Origin: Candidatus Marinacidobacterales bacterium
Lineage (GTDB): Bacteria > Acidobacteriota > Vicinamibacteria > Marinacidobacterales > DATDRI01
DNA length: 64,000 nucleotides
Assembly: GCA_965219415.1 (NCBI GenBank)
Contig: CBDCNP010000002.1
Location: 4,672,001 to 4,736,000, forward strand
Reading direction: 5' to 3'
Positions 21,275-32,000 of the stretch are shown here, one piece after another. The position numbers and the translations under genes were made by a program. The first letter of the stretch is position 1, and every line of letters begins with the position of its first letter. The notes under the pieces were generated by a model. That model made no database searches. It was not told the origin of the DNA and saw nothing but the letters and a program-made list of their open reading frames with translations.

Positions 21275-22723
21275 CTATCTCTGGAGGCCCAGGCGGTACG
21301 GAAACTCCACGCGGAGTGCCTCCTCGGCCTCGTCCTGAGTGTTTCCAATGGCGATGACATCTAGCTTGCCGAATCTGCGGAGGGGACCTGCATTGTACAG
21401 TAAGTAGCGTCCCCGCCCGGTGCTGGCATCGTAGAGCGCCTCCCCAAGGCGGGACAGGATGTCTGAGAAAGGGATGCCGACCAGCTCGGGATGAACGAAG
21501 TCCTGCGCTCGATACGGGGGCCGCTCTCCTGGTACGACTCGGTCGACCAGATGCATGGGGATGCTCGTTCCGCCCCAGCGGCCATTGCATTCCACGAACA
21601 TCAGCCGGCAGTCGCCGAGCGGATCGCCCACTGCAAGCAGATCGAACGAGCATCGACCGACGTATCCCAGCGACTGGAGACCCGCCCCGAGGCGTAACGC
21701 GGCGTGGCCGATGCGCTCGTTGATCGGGCGAGGCAACGTGGAAGGACGGCTGCCCACGAAGACCCTGGCCTCGCCTTCGAGGATCTGCTCATAGATGCCT
21801 TCAAGCTCGGGAGTCCCTTTATCGATCGGTGGAATCCAGAGCTGGGTAGAGGGGGATAGGTCGGTCTGCTCCCAGGAGATGAGCACCTCTTGCCTTCCGT
21901 CCCAGTGGGTTCTCTCAAGGAACGCCCGCACGTCTTCTTCGATCTCCGGCCGAGCCCTGGCGCGCAGGCGTTTCGACTCGAAGACGTGATTCCCCATTCC
22001 CGAAGTGCATCGCGTTCGTTTGAGCGCAACAAGCGGATGGAGTTCTGAAAGGCCGAGCAGATGCTCCGCCATCACTTCGGGATGTCGGGCGGTGCGTGTA
22101 TCGACGTTCCAATCGTCTCCCAGCACCCGCGCGACAAGCTCACGAAAGTGCGCCTTGTCGTTGGCGAACTCTGTCAGTGGCGGTGGGGGACCGAGCACAC
22201 GAACGTCATGCCCCGTTTTCTCCTTGAGGCGTTTGGCAAGGCGCCAGACCGGCTCAATGCTCATGTAGGGGTGGAGGACGATGCCGTTCGCGCGTGCCCT
22301 CCGAGCGATCCCTCGAAAGGCTTCTGCCCGCAAGCACGCCTGCGTCACCGCTATGGGACCGGCCACCGGCTCCGCCACCAGGGCATCCGGACTCCCCAGC
22401 GCGAGACGTTGGCGACAGTAGACTTCGTAGCCGGGCGCGGGCGACGTGACGGCGGCGAAGAGGTCCCGGTCGTTCGCGCGAACCCTGGCTCGATGCTGAT
22501 ATTCTTCCACGCCCAGGATCCCGTCGAGGAAGGGAAGTTCGGAGACATCGTCCAGGTACAGTGTCGGACGGGTTTCTCCTGCACCCACCCAGACACGATC
22601 GCTGTAGGGCTCGACGAGCTCCGACAAGTGCAGTGGCTCAGAAACCTCCTTCCCGGCCTCGCGAGCCCGCTCGTACTCCGCCGGGCTCACATCAAGCATC
22701 ATCACCACACGTCTATTCTCCAT
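21275..22723 (-). CDS. Pre-ATP-grasp/ATP-grasp domain protein
   Basis: ANDKAHF, SGMGN, GRCSFD, VECNGRWGG. Confidence 0.8.
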   Translation of the reverse strand: MENRRVVMMLDVSPAEYERAREAGKEVSEPLHLSELVEPYSDRVWVGAGETRPTLYLDDVSELPFLDGILGVEEYQHRARVRANDRDLFAAVTSPAPGYEVYCRQRLALGSPDALVAEPVAGPIAVTQACLRAEAFRGIARRARANGIVLHPYMSIEPVWRLAKRLKEKTGHDVRVLGPPPPLTEFANDKAHFRELVARVLGDDWNVDTRTARHPEVMAEHLLGLSELHPLVALKRTRCTSGMGNHVFESKRLRARARPEIEEDVRAFLERTHWDGRQEVLISWEQTDLSPSTQLWIPPIDKGTPELEGIYEQILEGEARVFVGSRPSTLPRPINERIGHAALRLGAGLQSLGYVGRCSFDLLAVGDPLGDCRLMFVECNGRWGGTSIPMHLVDRVVPGERPPYRAQDFVHPELVGIPFSDILSRLGEALYDASTGRGRYLLYNAGPLRRFGKLDVIAIGNTQDEAEEALRVEFPYRLGLQR

Positions 22724-22837
22724 TAGAATTCGTCGGGTGGAAATGCGGACCGGATGGTTCCCGTGCGCGATGGCGCGAGTCGGTGGAGAGTCTCTGGCGT
22801 TGAGGGCCGGCGGTCTGACGGTTTCTCATCGATAACC

Positions 22838-23044
22838 TGTGCCTTCTATTTGTTCATGCGCGGGCACCGAACTTGATTAGTCTCTGGTCTGCCGGCACCA
22901 TAGAGTCCGTGTCCGCCCCGCCTGTCGCGGAGCGCCCGTGGCCGAATCACGGCGGGGGACAACGATGGAGCCTGACCAGAAGCCCGCTGCGCCGGACGGT
23001 TCCTCCGCTGATGCCCAGGGTGCCGACTATAATGATGAAGGACA
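22838..23044. mobile_element. Mini-element with C left end and D-type right end
   Basis: TGTGCCTTCTATTTG ... ATAATGATGAAGGACA. Confidence 0.7.
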
Positions 23045-23153
23045 ACAGGCCGGAAACGGACTTACGGTGCGGCTAAGTGAGGCACTCCCACAGGAAACGG
23101 GGAGAAACAGATAGGCCGCGCCTACGGAGCACCGCGCCAGCCCTCGATCCTAC
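23045..23153 (+). ncRNA. Group II intron domain VI remnant
   Basis: GGAAACGGACTTACGG...ACCGCGCCAGCCCTCGATCCTAC; paralogue of 285-343. Confidence 0.6.
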
Positions 23154-23202
23154 CGGGCACGGCGGCAACCTTCAAGTTCTGCAAGAGCTGCGGCAACCGC
23201 GT

Positions 23203-23850
23203 TCACGGAACGCGCTCTCGCCATTCCTCTTCGGTCATGTAGCCGGGCCCTGGTCCAGGGAAACTGCTAATCTTGCTCTCTTCCCAGACGATCCATGAGT
23301 CCATTGTGTGTTTGTTCCCAAGTGAGTCAAAGCACCGTGGCCGCACGCGCACCGGTGTTCCTCCCCCGTTCAGCTTTAGCTCCTCGACGACATGGGCTTC
23401 ATCGAACATCACTTGTAAGGTCTGGCCATACTGAAGCCGGTGGGGTAGCGAGACGTTCGACAGGAGCGAGTCCTTATATCTCGTAACATGAGGGAACCAA
23501 ACCACCGTAGAGATCCGGCTGTCGCTGTCAATTGGTATTCCCTGTTCGAATTCGATGGACGTGATGGTTATGTCGAACGGGCTCGCGTTTGCGATAGTTA
23601 AGCCAACAAACGACTTCCAATTCGGGTTGCCGAACTCGTCATCGCCATCCTGCACTGTGTGGAATGCGGGTGTAATCTTCACGGTGGGCACACTCCGTTC
23701 TCGGTTTCTCTGTTCCGATTCAGCCAAGATGCGAGCCTGTTTGCTCGTGTAAACCGCTTGGACGAGAACGGAGATTGCAATGATGATGGTCAGGACGATC
23801 ATCATTCCCTGTTCGAACGTGAGGTCGATGAGGAACTGAGGCGGCTGCAT
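23203..23850 (-). CDS. Hypothetical protein with N-terminal TM helix
   Basis: 215 aa ORF, TM then beta-rich domain. Confidence 0.65.
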   Translation of the reverse strand: MQPPQFLIDLTFEQGMMIVLTIIIAISVLVQAVYTSKQARILAESEQRNRERSVPTVKITPAFHTVQDGDDEFGNPNWKSFVGLTIANASPFDITITSIEFEQGIPIDSDSRISTVVWFPHVTRYKDSLLSNVSLPHRLQYGQTLQVMFDEAHVVEELKLNGGGTPVRVRPRCFDSLGNKHTMDSWIVWEESKISSFPGPGPGYMTEEEWRERVP

Positions 23851-23972
23851 CGCTTTGCCGTTAGTAAAGAGGTGATACGGTCTAAGACCGGGATTTTAAT
23901 CTGAATCCTCGGTAGTGTCCTAATTTAAATCGAAACTCGCCGACAGCAGCTCCCTAGGCCCCAAGAGACGAA

Positions 23973-24138
23973 GGTGCTTCCGCCATTAAGTGTTGGTGAG
24001 ATGACGCTAAGATTTTATGCTGCATTAAATTACAGCCAAAATAGCGCTCACGTCCTTTGCCTGGAGCTAAATGGAGCGTAAGCGCTTTTTTTATAACGGG
24101 ATACGTACACATTACCAACAGCAAACAGCGCAAGCACC
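23973..24138. mobile_element. 166-bp MITE (family A), copy 4, inverted
   Basis: Same TIRs and length. Confidence 0.9.
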
Positions 24139-24689
24139 CACGGACCTCGGGACACATCCCCTAGCAACACTCGATGACGGAAGCACCTTTGCGGACCACA
24201 AGCAGCTGATCACTCGTCAACCCCCATCTGGATCTCACCATTCCTGAGATAGGAAGAAACGGTCACGGACGGCAACCCACCGCACTGACTAGCATGCAGG
24301 GCTACGTGGGTGTATCGTGTGGGGCCCATCGCGAATCTGAATGTAAAGTAACGTGACTGTGATCCGGCAACACAAATCGGTAGTCTCGTCCGTTGCGGCC
24401 GTTATTGCCGTCATCTGTCACCCGGGAATTCTCTGGGCCCAGAATTGTGTCGACCTTTCGCCCCGTGTCGAGGTCAGCCAGCAAAGGCTTGCGGTCAAGT
24501 TGTCTGGAAGTTGGGAGTTCTTCACTCCCGAGTCTCCAGAGAGGAAAGTAGCCCTCCGACTATGCTTACTGCATCGGCGAATGGTATGCCGCGCGGAGAG
24601 CTGACAGAGGCCAGAGCGTGGCTGTGCGACACGCCGGTCCACATGACTTTTTACGACGGTGAGCGATCTCAGGGTCTTCGAAAACCAAA

Positions 24690-25892
24690 ATGAAAATTCC
24701 ACGACACGCAAGCGCATCGCATAGCGCTTCTGCTTCCATGACTGGCTACCTCTTTCAGGCTCGTTTTGCTCTTCTGCGCGGTTTGGAAGAAGGCAGGCGC
24801 CATCCAGGACATGCGCTTTCAATTGAAAGATTTGATGATGTGGCTTTTGAGGACGCTGGTGGCCCCTTTGAACTCATTCAGACGAAACACCACGCAAAAG
24901 GCGGGAATTTATCGGACGTCAGTGCGGATCTGTGGCGGACACTCAATATCTGGATCAAATTGATTATCGAAGATCCAACAACTTCGGCTAACACACGTTT
25001 TGTTTTTCTTACCACCAATGCAGCCCCAGCTGGTTCCGCCTTGTCGATGTTGAGCCCGGTGCAAGATAAGCGTGACGAATCCTGCGCAATGGAGTTACTC
25101 TGCAAGGCAGCAAACGACTCGCAGAATCAAGCGACGGCAGATGCTCGCGATGCTTTCCTAGACCTCACTACTGTTTCAAGACAGCTTTTGGTTCAGAATA
25201 TCTGGGTATTTGACAGGGGACCAAGCATTATCGATGTTCGCGAGGAGATCGAAGAAGTTCTTCACTACTCAGCGCCACCTGAAAAAGTTGGGACCTTCAC
25301 TGACCATCTGGAAGGTTGGTGGTTTGGCCGAGTCATTCTTGCGCTGAGCGATCCGAATTCCGCCGCAATCCCTCTTGCGGCGATTCAAAATAAAGTCTCG
25401 GAGCTTCGAGAAAGCTTTAAAATCCGAAATCTTCGCCTCGATGAGAACATCGAAACGATGCCACCGCCCAGTGTGCTGCCCAGAGACGATAGAACTTTCA
25501 TCCGCCAGATGACATTGGTCGACGTGTCAGAAGAAGAAATGATAGCCACAGTCCATGACTATTATCGTGCATATGAACAACGTTCTCGATGGGCAAGGGA
25601 GAATCTGCTTCTGGACGGCGAAGCTGATCGCTACGACCGGGTCCTCGGCGACGCGTGGTATCGTCGTTTCCTTTCTTACACCGCTGACGTTACTGAGGGT
25701 TGCGATGATGGAACGAAGAAGGCACAGGGAAAAAAAGTATTTCGGTGGGCTCGCGAGTATCAGAAACCCTTACGAAACCGAGACGAAATCTGGCTGTCTT
25801 CTGGGTCTCTTCAGATGCTTGCGGACGAAGTGAGAATCGGTTGGCATCCAGATTACAAAACTCTACTCGCATCCGGGAAGGATGAAATGTGA
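24690..25892 (+). CDS. lmuA: Lamassu/ABC-3C effector with Cap4-like nuclease N-terminus
   Basis: GYLFQ..IERFDDV..IQTKHH nuclease motif; C-terminal GSLQMLAD..IGWHPDY. Confidence 0.78.
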   Translation: MKIPRHASASHSASASMTGYLFQARFALLRGLEEGRRHPGHALSIERFDDVAFEDAGGPFELIQTKHHAKGGNLSDVSADLWRTLNIWIKLIIEDPTTSANTRFVFLTTNAAPAGSALSMLSPVQDKRDESCAMELLCKAANDSQNQATADARDAFLDLTTVSRQLLVQNIWVFDRGPSIIDVREEIEEVLHYSAPPEKVGTFTDHLEGWWFGRVILALSDPNSAAIPLAAIQNKVSELRESFKIRNLRLDENIETMPPPSVLPRDDRTFIRQMTLVDVSEEEMIATVHDYYRAYEQRSRWARENLLLDGEADRYDRVLGDAWYRRFLSYTADVTEGCDDGTKKAQGKKVFRWAREYQKPLRNRDEIWLSSGSLQMLADEVRIGWHPDYKTLLASGKDEM

Positions 25893-26398
25893 GTTTGTAT
25901 CACTGGCAGGAACGCTGGCCATCCGAGGAGGCCAATCACTTTAACCCCGCCTATTGCGGTGTGCTCATTTACGAGTTCGTCCGCGCTTATGAAAGGGCGA
26001 AAAGAGTATCGCCGTCATTCGCGCTTTTGTATTGTGCCCTCCCCATTTCGCTTCACCCTGCCACCCGCGATCGCCTACCGAAATCCACCGTCACCGGCCT
26101 ATTTCCCTGGCTTGAAAATAATCGGGATGTCCGAGTGGGTTTTGCTGATCGAGCGCGCAACCTCACCCCCTATGTTCGGGAAGCGTTTCGGTACGCGGCA
26201 GCACGCAGTGCAATTCGTTTTGCTGATGGCGGGGTGGTTACCATCGGGCCCAAACGGGCCTCTTTTACACAATCGGAACTCGATAAGGCTACTACTGATG
26301 TTCGCGATACCGTCGACGCCATTCGCAAGGTGGCCCGGTGGTTCGCCGCAGCAGGGGACACGCCAACAATTCTTGCCGCATGGGGTATACGCGTATGA
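25889..26398 (+). CDS. lmuC: ABC-3C middle component
   Basis: FNPAYCG..LPISLH..R..LP; overlaps both neighbours by 4 nt. Confidence 0.75.
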   Translation: MSLYHWQERWPSEEANHFNPAYCGVLIYEFVRAYERAKRVSPSFALLYCALPISLHPATRDRLPKSTVTGLFPWLENNRDVRVGFADRARNLTPYVREAFRYAAARSAIRFADGGVVTIGPKRASFTQSELDKATTDVRDTVDAIRKVARWFAAAGDTPTILAAWGIRV

Positions 26399-28332
26399 GT
26401 TTCACACTTCGGTCCATTAGCATCTACAGTACGCGTGGCGCGTGCCGCACGGTTAAATTCCGCCAGTCAGGCCTAAACATACTCACTGGACGAGCCAAGA
26501 CCGGCAAGTCAGCGATCATAGATATTCTCGACTATTGCTTCGGCCGTTCAGAGTGCTATGTCGCCGAAGGTGTCATTCGACAGCACGTGTCATGGTTCGG
26601 GGTGGAGATTGAGAATGGCGAGGATGTTCTTTTTGTTGGTCGACGCAATCCAGGTGAGAGCAGGCGCACCAGTCAAGACATCCATATTCGTCGCGGGCGG
26701 CACGATAGTCTGCCGAAATATGCCGACCTGCACAAGAACATCACCGAAGAGGCACTGATCCGCCTACTGACCCGCTTCACGGGGATCGCCGAGAACGAAA
26801 ATCAACCGCTCACAGGGATTCGGAGGCCGTTGCAAGCCACTATCCGACACGCTCTCTTTTTTTGCTTCCAGAAGCAGGACGAGATCGCGAGTCGAGATCG
26901 GCTTTTCCATCGGCAGGGAGATCAATTTATTCCGCAGGCAATCAAAGATACAATCCCCTACTTTCTCGGCGCTGTTGATGAAGACCATTTTCTTCGACAA
27001 AACGAACTGGACGACGCTAAGCTGTCACTGCAACAGCTCGAAGCGCGTCGTAATGTCATGCAGAGTAACGACGATACCCAAACAGGAATCAGGCGCCTTT
27101 TTCTAGATGCACGCCGCGTTGGCCTTGTCGATGAGGGTTTTGAAACTACTGAGATAGAACTAGCACTACAAGAGTTGAGGCGTGTTCTGGCGATGGATCT
27201 TCAATCTCCAACCATTGTCTCTGGTGCCAGTGATGTGATCGTTAGGCTTGAGAACGAGCTCCGCACGCTTCATCAGCAGTTGGAAGATGTTCAAAACGAC
27301 ATTCGGGCAACCCAGCATTTTTTGCGAGAACAAACCAGCTATTCGAGGGAAGTGAATGAACAACGCGCGCGTCTTGTTTCACTTGACCTCTATACGGGTG
27401 TGTCAGATGTAGACAATGTCTGCCCGCTTTGCGAAGCACATCTCGAGACGCCGACACCAGCGGCATCAGATCTTTCCAGCTCTCTTCGGGCCCTTAATGT
27501 GCAGTTGGACGCTGTTAGCGCGGAACGTCCGCACCTTCAGAAGCGCTTAGATGAGTTTAGCAGGAAACGCACAGAGATTGAGAGAGCGATTGTCGCGACA
27601 CAGCGTGATCTCGAACGCGCCTATAGGGATGATGAAAGGGCACGTCAGCAACGCGATGAAGTCATCGAGCGAGCGCGTGTTGTCGGAAGAATCGGCGCAT
27701 TTCTGGACCGAACGAGTTTGTCGGACGAAAAAGAAGATCTTGATAAACGCATCGATGAAGCCCGGCGGCGGGTGGAGGTTCTCGCTGAGCGTGTGAGTGC
27801 AGACGACATAGATGAAAGAGTATATACCTTCCTCAATCTAATCGCGGACCATATGACGGGCTATGCTACCGATCTTGACCTGGAACATGCTGAAGGACGT
27901 ATACGGCTTGATTTGAAAAAACTTTCTGTCGTGGCTGAAACGGTTACGGGCCCGATTCCCCTTAACCGGATTGGTAGCGGAGAGAACTGGGTTGGGTATC
28001 ATGTGGTCACTTTATTGGCGCTCCATCGTTGGTTCAGAGAACAGAACCGTCCAGTACCCGGAATTCTCGTGTTCGATCAACCGTCTCAGGCACATTATCC
28101 ACCTGATTTGGATCAACACGGCAGAATTGACGTGCTCCAGGATGCAGACCGTCGGGCTGTACACAATCTTTTTGAACTCATGCACTCGGCAAGCCAAGAA
28201 ATAGGCGAGGGCTTTCAGCTTATCGTTCTCGACCATGCCCATCTTGATGATGATTGGTTTAATGCGAACATCGTTGAGGAATGGCGCGGTGACTCAGGGC
28301 TCGTACCGGTTGAGTGGAGGACGACGTCGTGA
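26395..28332 (+). CDS. lmuB: SMC-like ABC ATPase (DUF3732)
   Basis: Walker A GRAKTGKS, coiled coil with CPLC hook, GSGEN, LVFDQP, LDH. Confidence 0.85.
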   Translation: MSFTLRSISIYSTRGACRTVKFRQSGLNILTGRAKTGKSAIIDILDYCFGRSECYVAEGVIRQHVSWFGVEIENGEDVLFVGRRNPGESRRTSQDIHIRRGRHDSLPKYADLHKNITEEALIRLLTRFTGIAENENQPLTGIRRPLQATIRHALFFCFQKQDEIASRDRLFHRQGDQFIPQAIKDTIPYFLGAVDEDHFLRQNELDDAKLSLQQLEARRNVMQSNDDTQTGIRRLFLDARRVGLVDEGFETTEIELALQELRRVLAMDLQSPTIVSGASDVIVRLENELRTLHQQLEDVQNDIRATQHFLREQTSYSREVNEQRARLVSLDLYTGVSDVDNVCPLCEAHLETPTPAASDLSSSLRALNVQLDAVSAERPHLQKRLDEFSRKRTEIERAIVATQRDLERAYRDDERARQQRDEVIERARVVGRIGAFLDRTSLSDEKEDLDKRIDEARRRVEVLAERVSADDIDERVYTFLNLIADHMTGYATDLDLEHAEGRIRLDLKKLSVVAETVTGPIPLNRIGSGENWVGYHVVTLLALHRWFREQNRPVPGILVFDQPSQAHYPPDLDQHGRIDVLQDADRRAVHNLFELMHSASQEIGEGFQLIVLDHAHLDDDWFNANIVEEWRGDSGLVPVEWRTTS

Positions 28333-28454
28333 GGCAATCGAGCCATGACAGCCTCATTCCCACCGAGAATTGTCAAGCCAGATGAAAGTGGTATCAAATG
28401 TCGGGTGGTGGCAATCTGGAACGGGCAGACGAGGAGCGGAGACGCCGTGGGGCT

Positions 28455-28696
28455 GCCTTGGTGCACAACTCCGATAGAGGCCGAGAGCTCGCTTGGCCCC
28501 GGCTCCCATCATCCGATCATCTCGCTATTAGGCATCCCGAGCACCGTCATGGTGTTGAGAATCTTGCACCCGATCCTTGCCTCACCTCTCTGTGCCGCCA
28601 ACCCTCTCGCTCGCATCGCTGAGCCCACGATAGCCTTGTAGCGATGGAACGTTGTCTCGACTTTGCTCCGTTTGCTGTAGCCCGATTCTGTGTGCC
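28455..28696 (-). pseudogene. IS5 (IS903-like) 3' remnant
   Basis: RYKAIVG..RIGCKILNTMTVLGMP on the minus strand. Confidence 0.7.
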
Positions 28697-28845
28697 TGTG
28701 CCTTCTATTTATTCATCCGCCAGCCCCATGGGTCGGAAGTCAGCCCTGCGGCGCGAAATACCCTGGATTCTGCGCGGATTTCAAGGGCGTCTAAGCTGCT
28801 GATTTGTGGTCTATTTCAAAAGGGCCGAGTTTTGGCACAGGACGG
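28697..28845. mobile_element. C-B mini-element (149 bp)
   Basis: C end joined to the DUF2924-upstream segment and B end, as at 56455-56574. Confidence 0.8.
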
Positions 28846-28996
28846 GGTCCATTGGTACAACACGCAACGACTCTTGGAGCCGATCGGAAATGTCTCCCCC
28901 GTCGAGTACGAGATGAACTACTATCGGTCGCAGGAAGGCTCGCTAGAGATGGCGAGACTCAACTAAAACAGTCTCCGGAAAACCCGGGGCGGTTCA
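28846..28996 (+). pseudogene. IS3-family 3' remnant
   Basis: WYNTQRLLEPIGNVSPVEYE; right end CTCCGGAAAACCCGGGGCGGTTCA. Confidence 0.85.
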
Positions 28997-29080
28997 GCTT
29001 GGCGTTTAGGAACATCTTGGTGTGCACGCCGACACAGGTAGTCCAACTGACACTAGCATTCAAACGCGACGTAGCAACAC

Positions 29081-32000
29081 TTGATGGGGCGGAAGCACGA
29101 GCCATCGAGAAAGAAAAATGGAAAATTTGAGGCGTTCGCACAATTGCAACTGACAGCAGCAGTCGAGACCTACTTCACCGAGCTTCGGCGGATGCGCGCG
29201 TCGGGTGGTGGGACCGGAGAGCGGTCGAGCTATCCGGCGCTGGCGAACCTGCTCAATACCGTCGGTGCGACTCTCAGGCCGAAGGTGTTTTGCGTTAGCG
29301 AGCTTGCGGAGCAGGGAGCGGGTCATCCCGACTTCGGCCTCTACGCGGCGAAGCAAGTGCAGAAGGGCCGGCTGCGCGAGGGACAGATACCGGCCCGCGG
29401 CGTGGTCGAGGTGAAGGGCGTCGAAGATGATGCGTGGCTGACCGCAGACGGCGAGCAGGTAAGCCGCTACTGGAGTCGCTACCAGCTGGTGCTGGTGACG
29501 AATACGCGCGACTTCGTGCTAGTGGGCATGGATGCGGCGGGCCGTCCTTCGAAGCTGGAAACGTTCCGGCTGGCTGACAGTGCCGAGGCGTTCGACCGCC
29601 GTCTTGAGAAGCCGCGGGCCTTTGCTCACGACGTGGGTGCGGGTCTGGGCGAGTACCTTAGTCGAGTACTGTCGCATCGTGCGGCGCTCGCCGAGCCGAA
29701 GGACTTGGCATGGCTGCTCGCGTCCTATGCCCGCGACGGGCTCGCGCGTGTCGAAGCCGCGGGCGATACAGCGTCGCTCAAGGCGGTCCGCTCGGCGCTC
29801 GAAGAAGCACTCGGGGTGCGCTTCGAGGGCGAAAAGGGTGCTCGCTTCTTCCACTCGACCCTGGTGCAGACGCTGTTCTATGGCGTCTTCTCCGCCTGGG
29901 TGCTGTGGGCGCGGCAGACGCCACCGCCGAGCGCCAAGTTTAACTGGCATGATGCAGTCTGGCATTTGCGTGCGCCAGTCCTTCGGGCGCTATTCCAGCA
30001 GCTCTCCGACCCCGGCCGCCTGCAACCGCTCGGCCTGGTCGAGGTGCTGGACTGGACTTCTGCCGCGCTTGACCGGGTAGACCGGTCGTCGTTCTTCACC
30101 CGCTTTAGGGAAGGCGAAGCGGTGCCTTATTTCTACGAACCGTTCCTGGAATCCTTCGACCCTCATCTGCGTAAGCAGTTAGGGGTTTGGTACACGCCGA
30201 TCGAGGTGGTGCGCTACATGGTTGCTCGCGTGGACAAGGCGCTCAAGGATGATCTCGACATTCCAGACGGGCTCGCGGCAGAGAATGTCTATGTGCTCGA
30301 CCCGTGTTGTGGAACCGGAGCCTATCTCACCGAAGTGCTGCGCCGCATCGCGGCCAATCTAGAGAGAAGGGGCCTGGGTGCGCTCACGGGCGCGCGGGTC
30401 AAACAGGCTGCAATGGAGCGTGTGTTCGGTTTCGAGATCATGCCCGCACCGTTCGTCGTCTCCCATCTACAGGTCGGGATTACCATGCAAGACCTCGACG
30501 CGCCGCTGGCGGAGGACGGAGTGGAGCGCCCTGGCGTCTTCCTCACCAATGCGCTTACCGGGTGGGAGCCGAAAACGACGAAACCACTGCCTTTCCCTGA
30601 ACTGGAGGAAGAGCGCGACCGTGCGGAGCGGGTGAAGCAAGAGACACCCATCCTCGTGATCCTTGGCAACCCGCCCTACAACGGCTTCGCCGGTATGGCC
30701 GTGGAGGAAGAACGTGAACTTTCCGAAGCCTACCGCACGACCAAGCGCGTGCGGCGGCCCGAGGGCCAAGGCTTGAACGATCTGTATGTCCGTTTCTTTC
30801 GCATGGCGGAACGGCGCATCGTCGAGAAGACGGGCCGGGGCGTCGTCTGCTTCATCTCCAACTACTCCTGGCTCGACGGGCTGTCCTTCACGGGGATGCG
30901 GGAGCGTTACCTTGAAGCGTTCGACGCGGTCCGCGTAGACAATCTGAATGGCGACAAGTACAAGACAGGCAAGGTCGCGCCCGACGGCACATCGGACCCC
31001 AGCATTTTCTCGACGCCGGGCGATCCGGTCGGTATCCAGGTCGGAACCGCCATCACGACACTTGTGCGCAAAGCCGACCATGCTCAGGCCGGGGAAGTCG
31101 GTTTTCGCCATCTGTGGGGACAAGCCAAGTGCGCAGAACTGATGGCCACGGCGGAGGAGGCACCGGATACGCTTTACGAAGGCGTCGAGCCGGTCCTGCC
31201 GCTCGGCTTGCCGTTCGTGCAGACAGAGGTGAGCGAGGGTTGGTTTGACTGGGCGGCGCTACCCGACCTGTTCCCAGCGTCGTTTCCTGGCGTCAAGACA
31301 AGCCGCGACGGATTTCTCGTCGACGTCGATCTGGACCGGCTCAAGGCGCGGATCGCCGATTACTTCAATACAGATGTGAGTCATGAAGAGATTGCACGCC
31401 GCTATCCGGGCGTGATGAAGACCACGGCGCGGTTTGATGCCCGAGCAATCCGCGATGCGCTGGTCGCGCGCGGCGGGCCGACCGAAGGCGGTTTCGTCCG
31501 TTTCACCTACCGGCCTTTCGACAATCGCTGGCTCTATTGGGAGGGGGATGGTGGCCTGCTCGATCGTCCACGTCCCGACTACCGGCCCCATGTGTTCGAG
31601 GGAAATCGGTGGCTGGTCGCGCAGCAGAAACCGCGTAGGGAATGGTCGCCTCCACAGGTGATTTCGCATATCGGTTGTCTCGATCTCATGGACAGGGGCG
31701 CGACTTGCATTCCGGTGAGGCTCCGTGAAGACGGTATAGGGAATGATGGCGATGGCGTGCGCCGCCCCAACATATCAGCAACTGTTCAGCGCTATCTCGA
31801 CCGTCTCGGCATGGGTGTGGAAGACCTGTTCCATCACGTCCTGGCCGTGCTGCACGATCCTGCATACCGCAAGGCGAACGCCGGGGCACTGCGCATGGAA
31901 TGGCCGCGCATTCCGCTACCAGGTTGGCCGGACGGTGCGGCAGAGGGCGCGGCGGAGGTGCTCGCCGCGTCAGCGGTGCAGGGTCGGGACCTCGCCCGGC

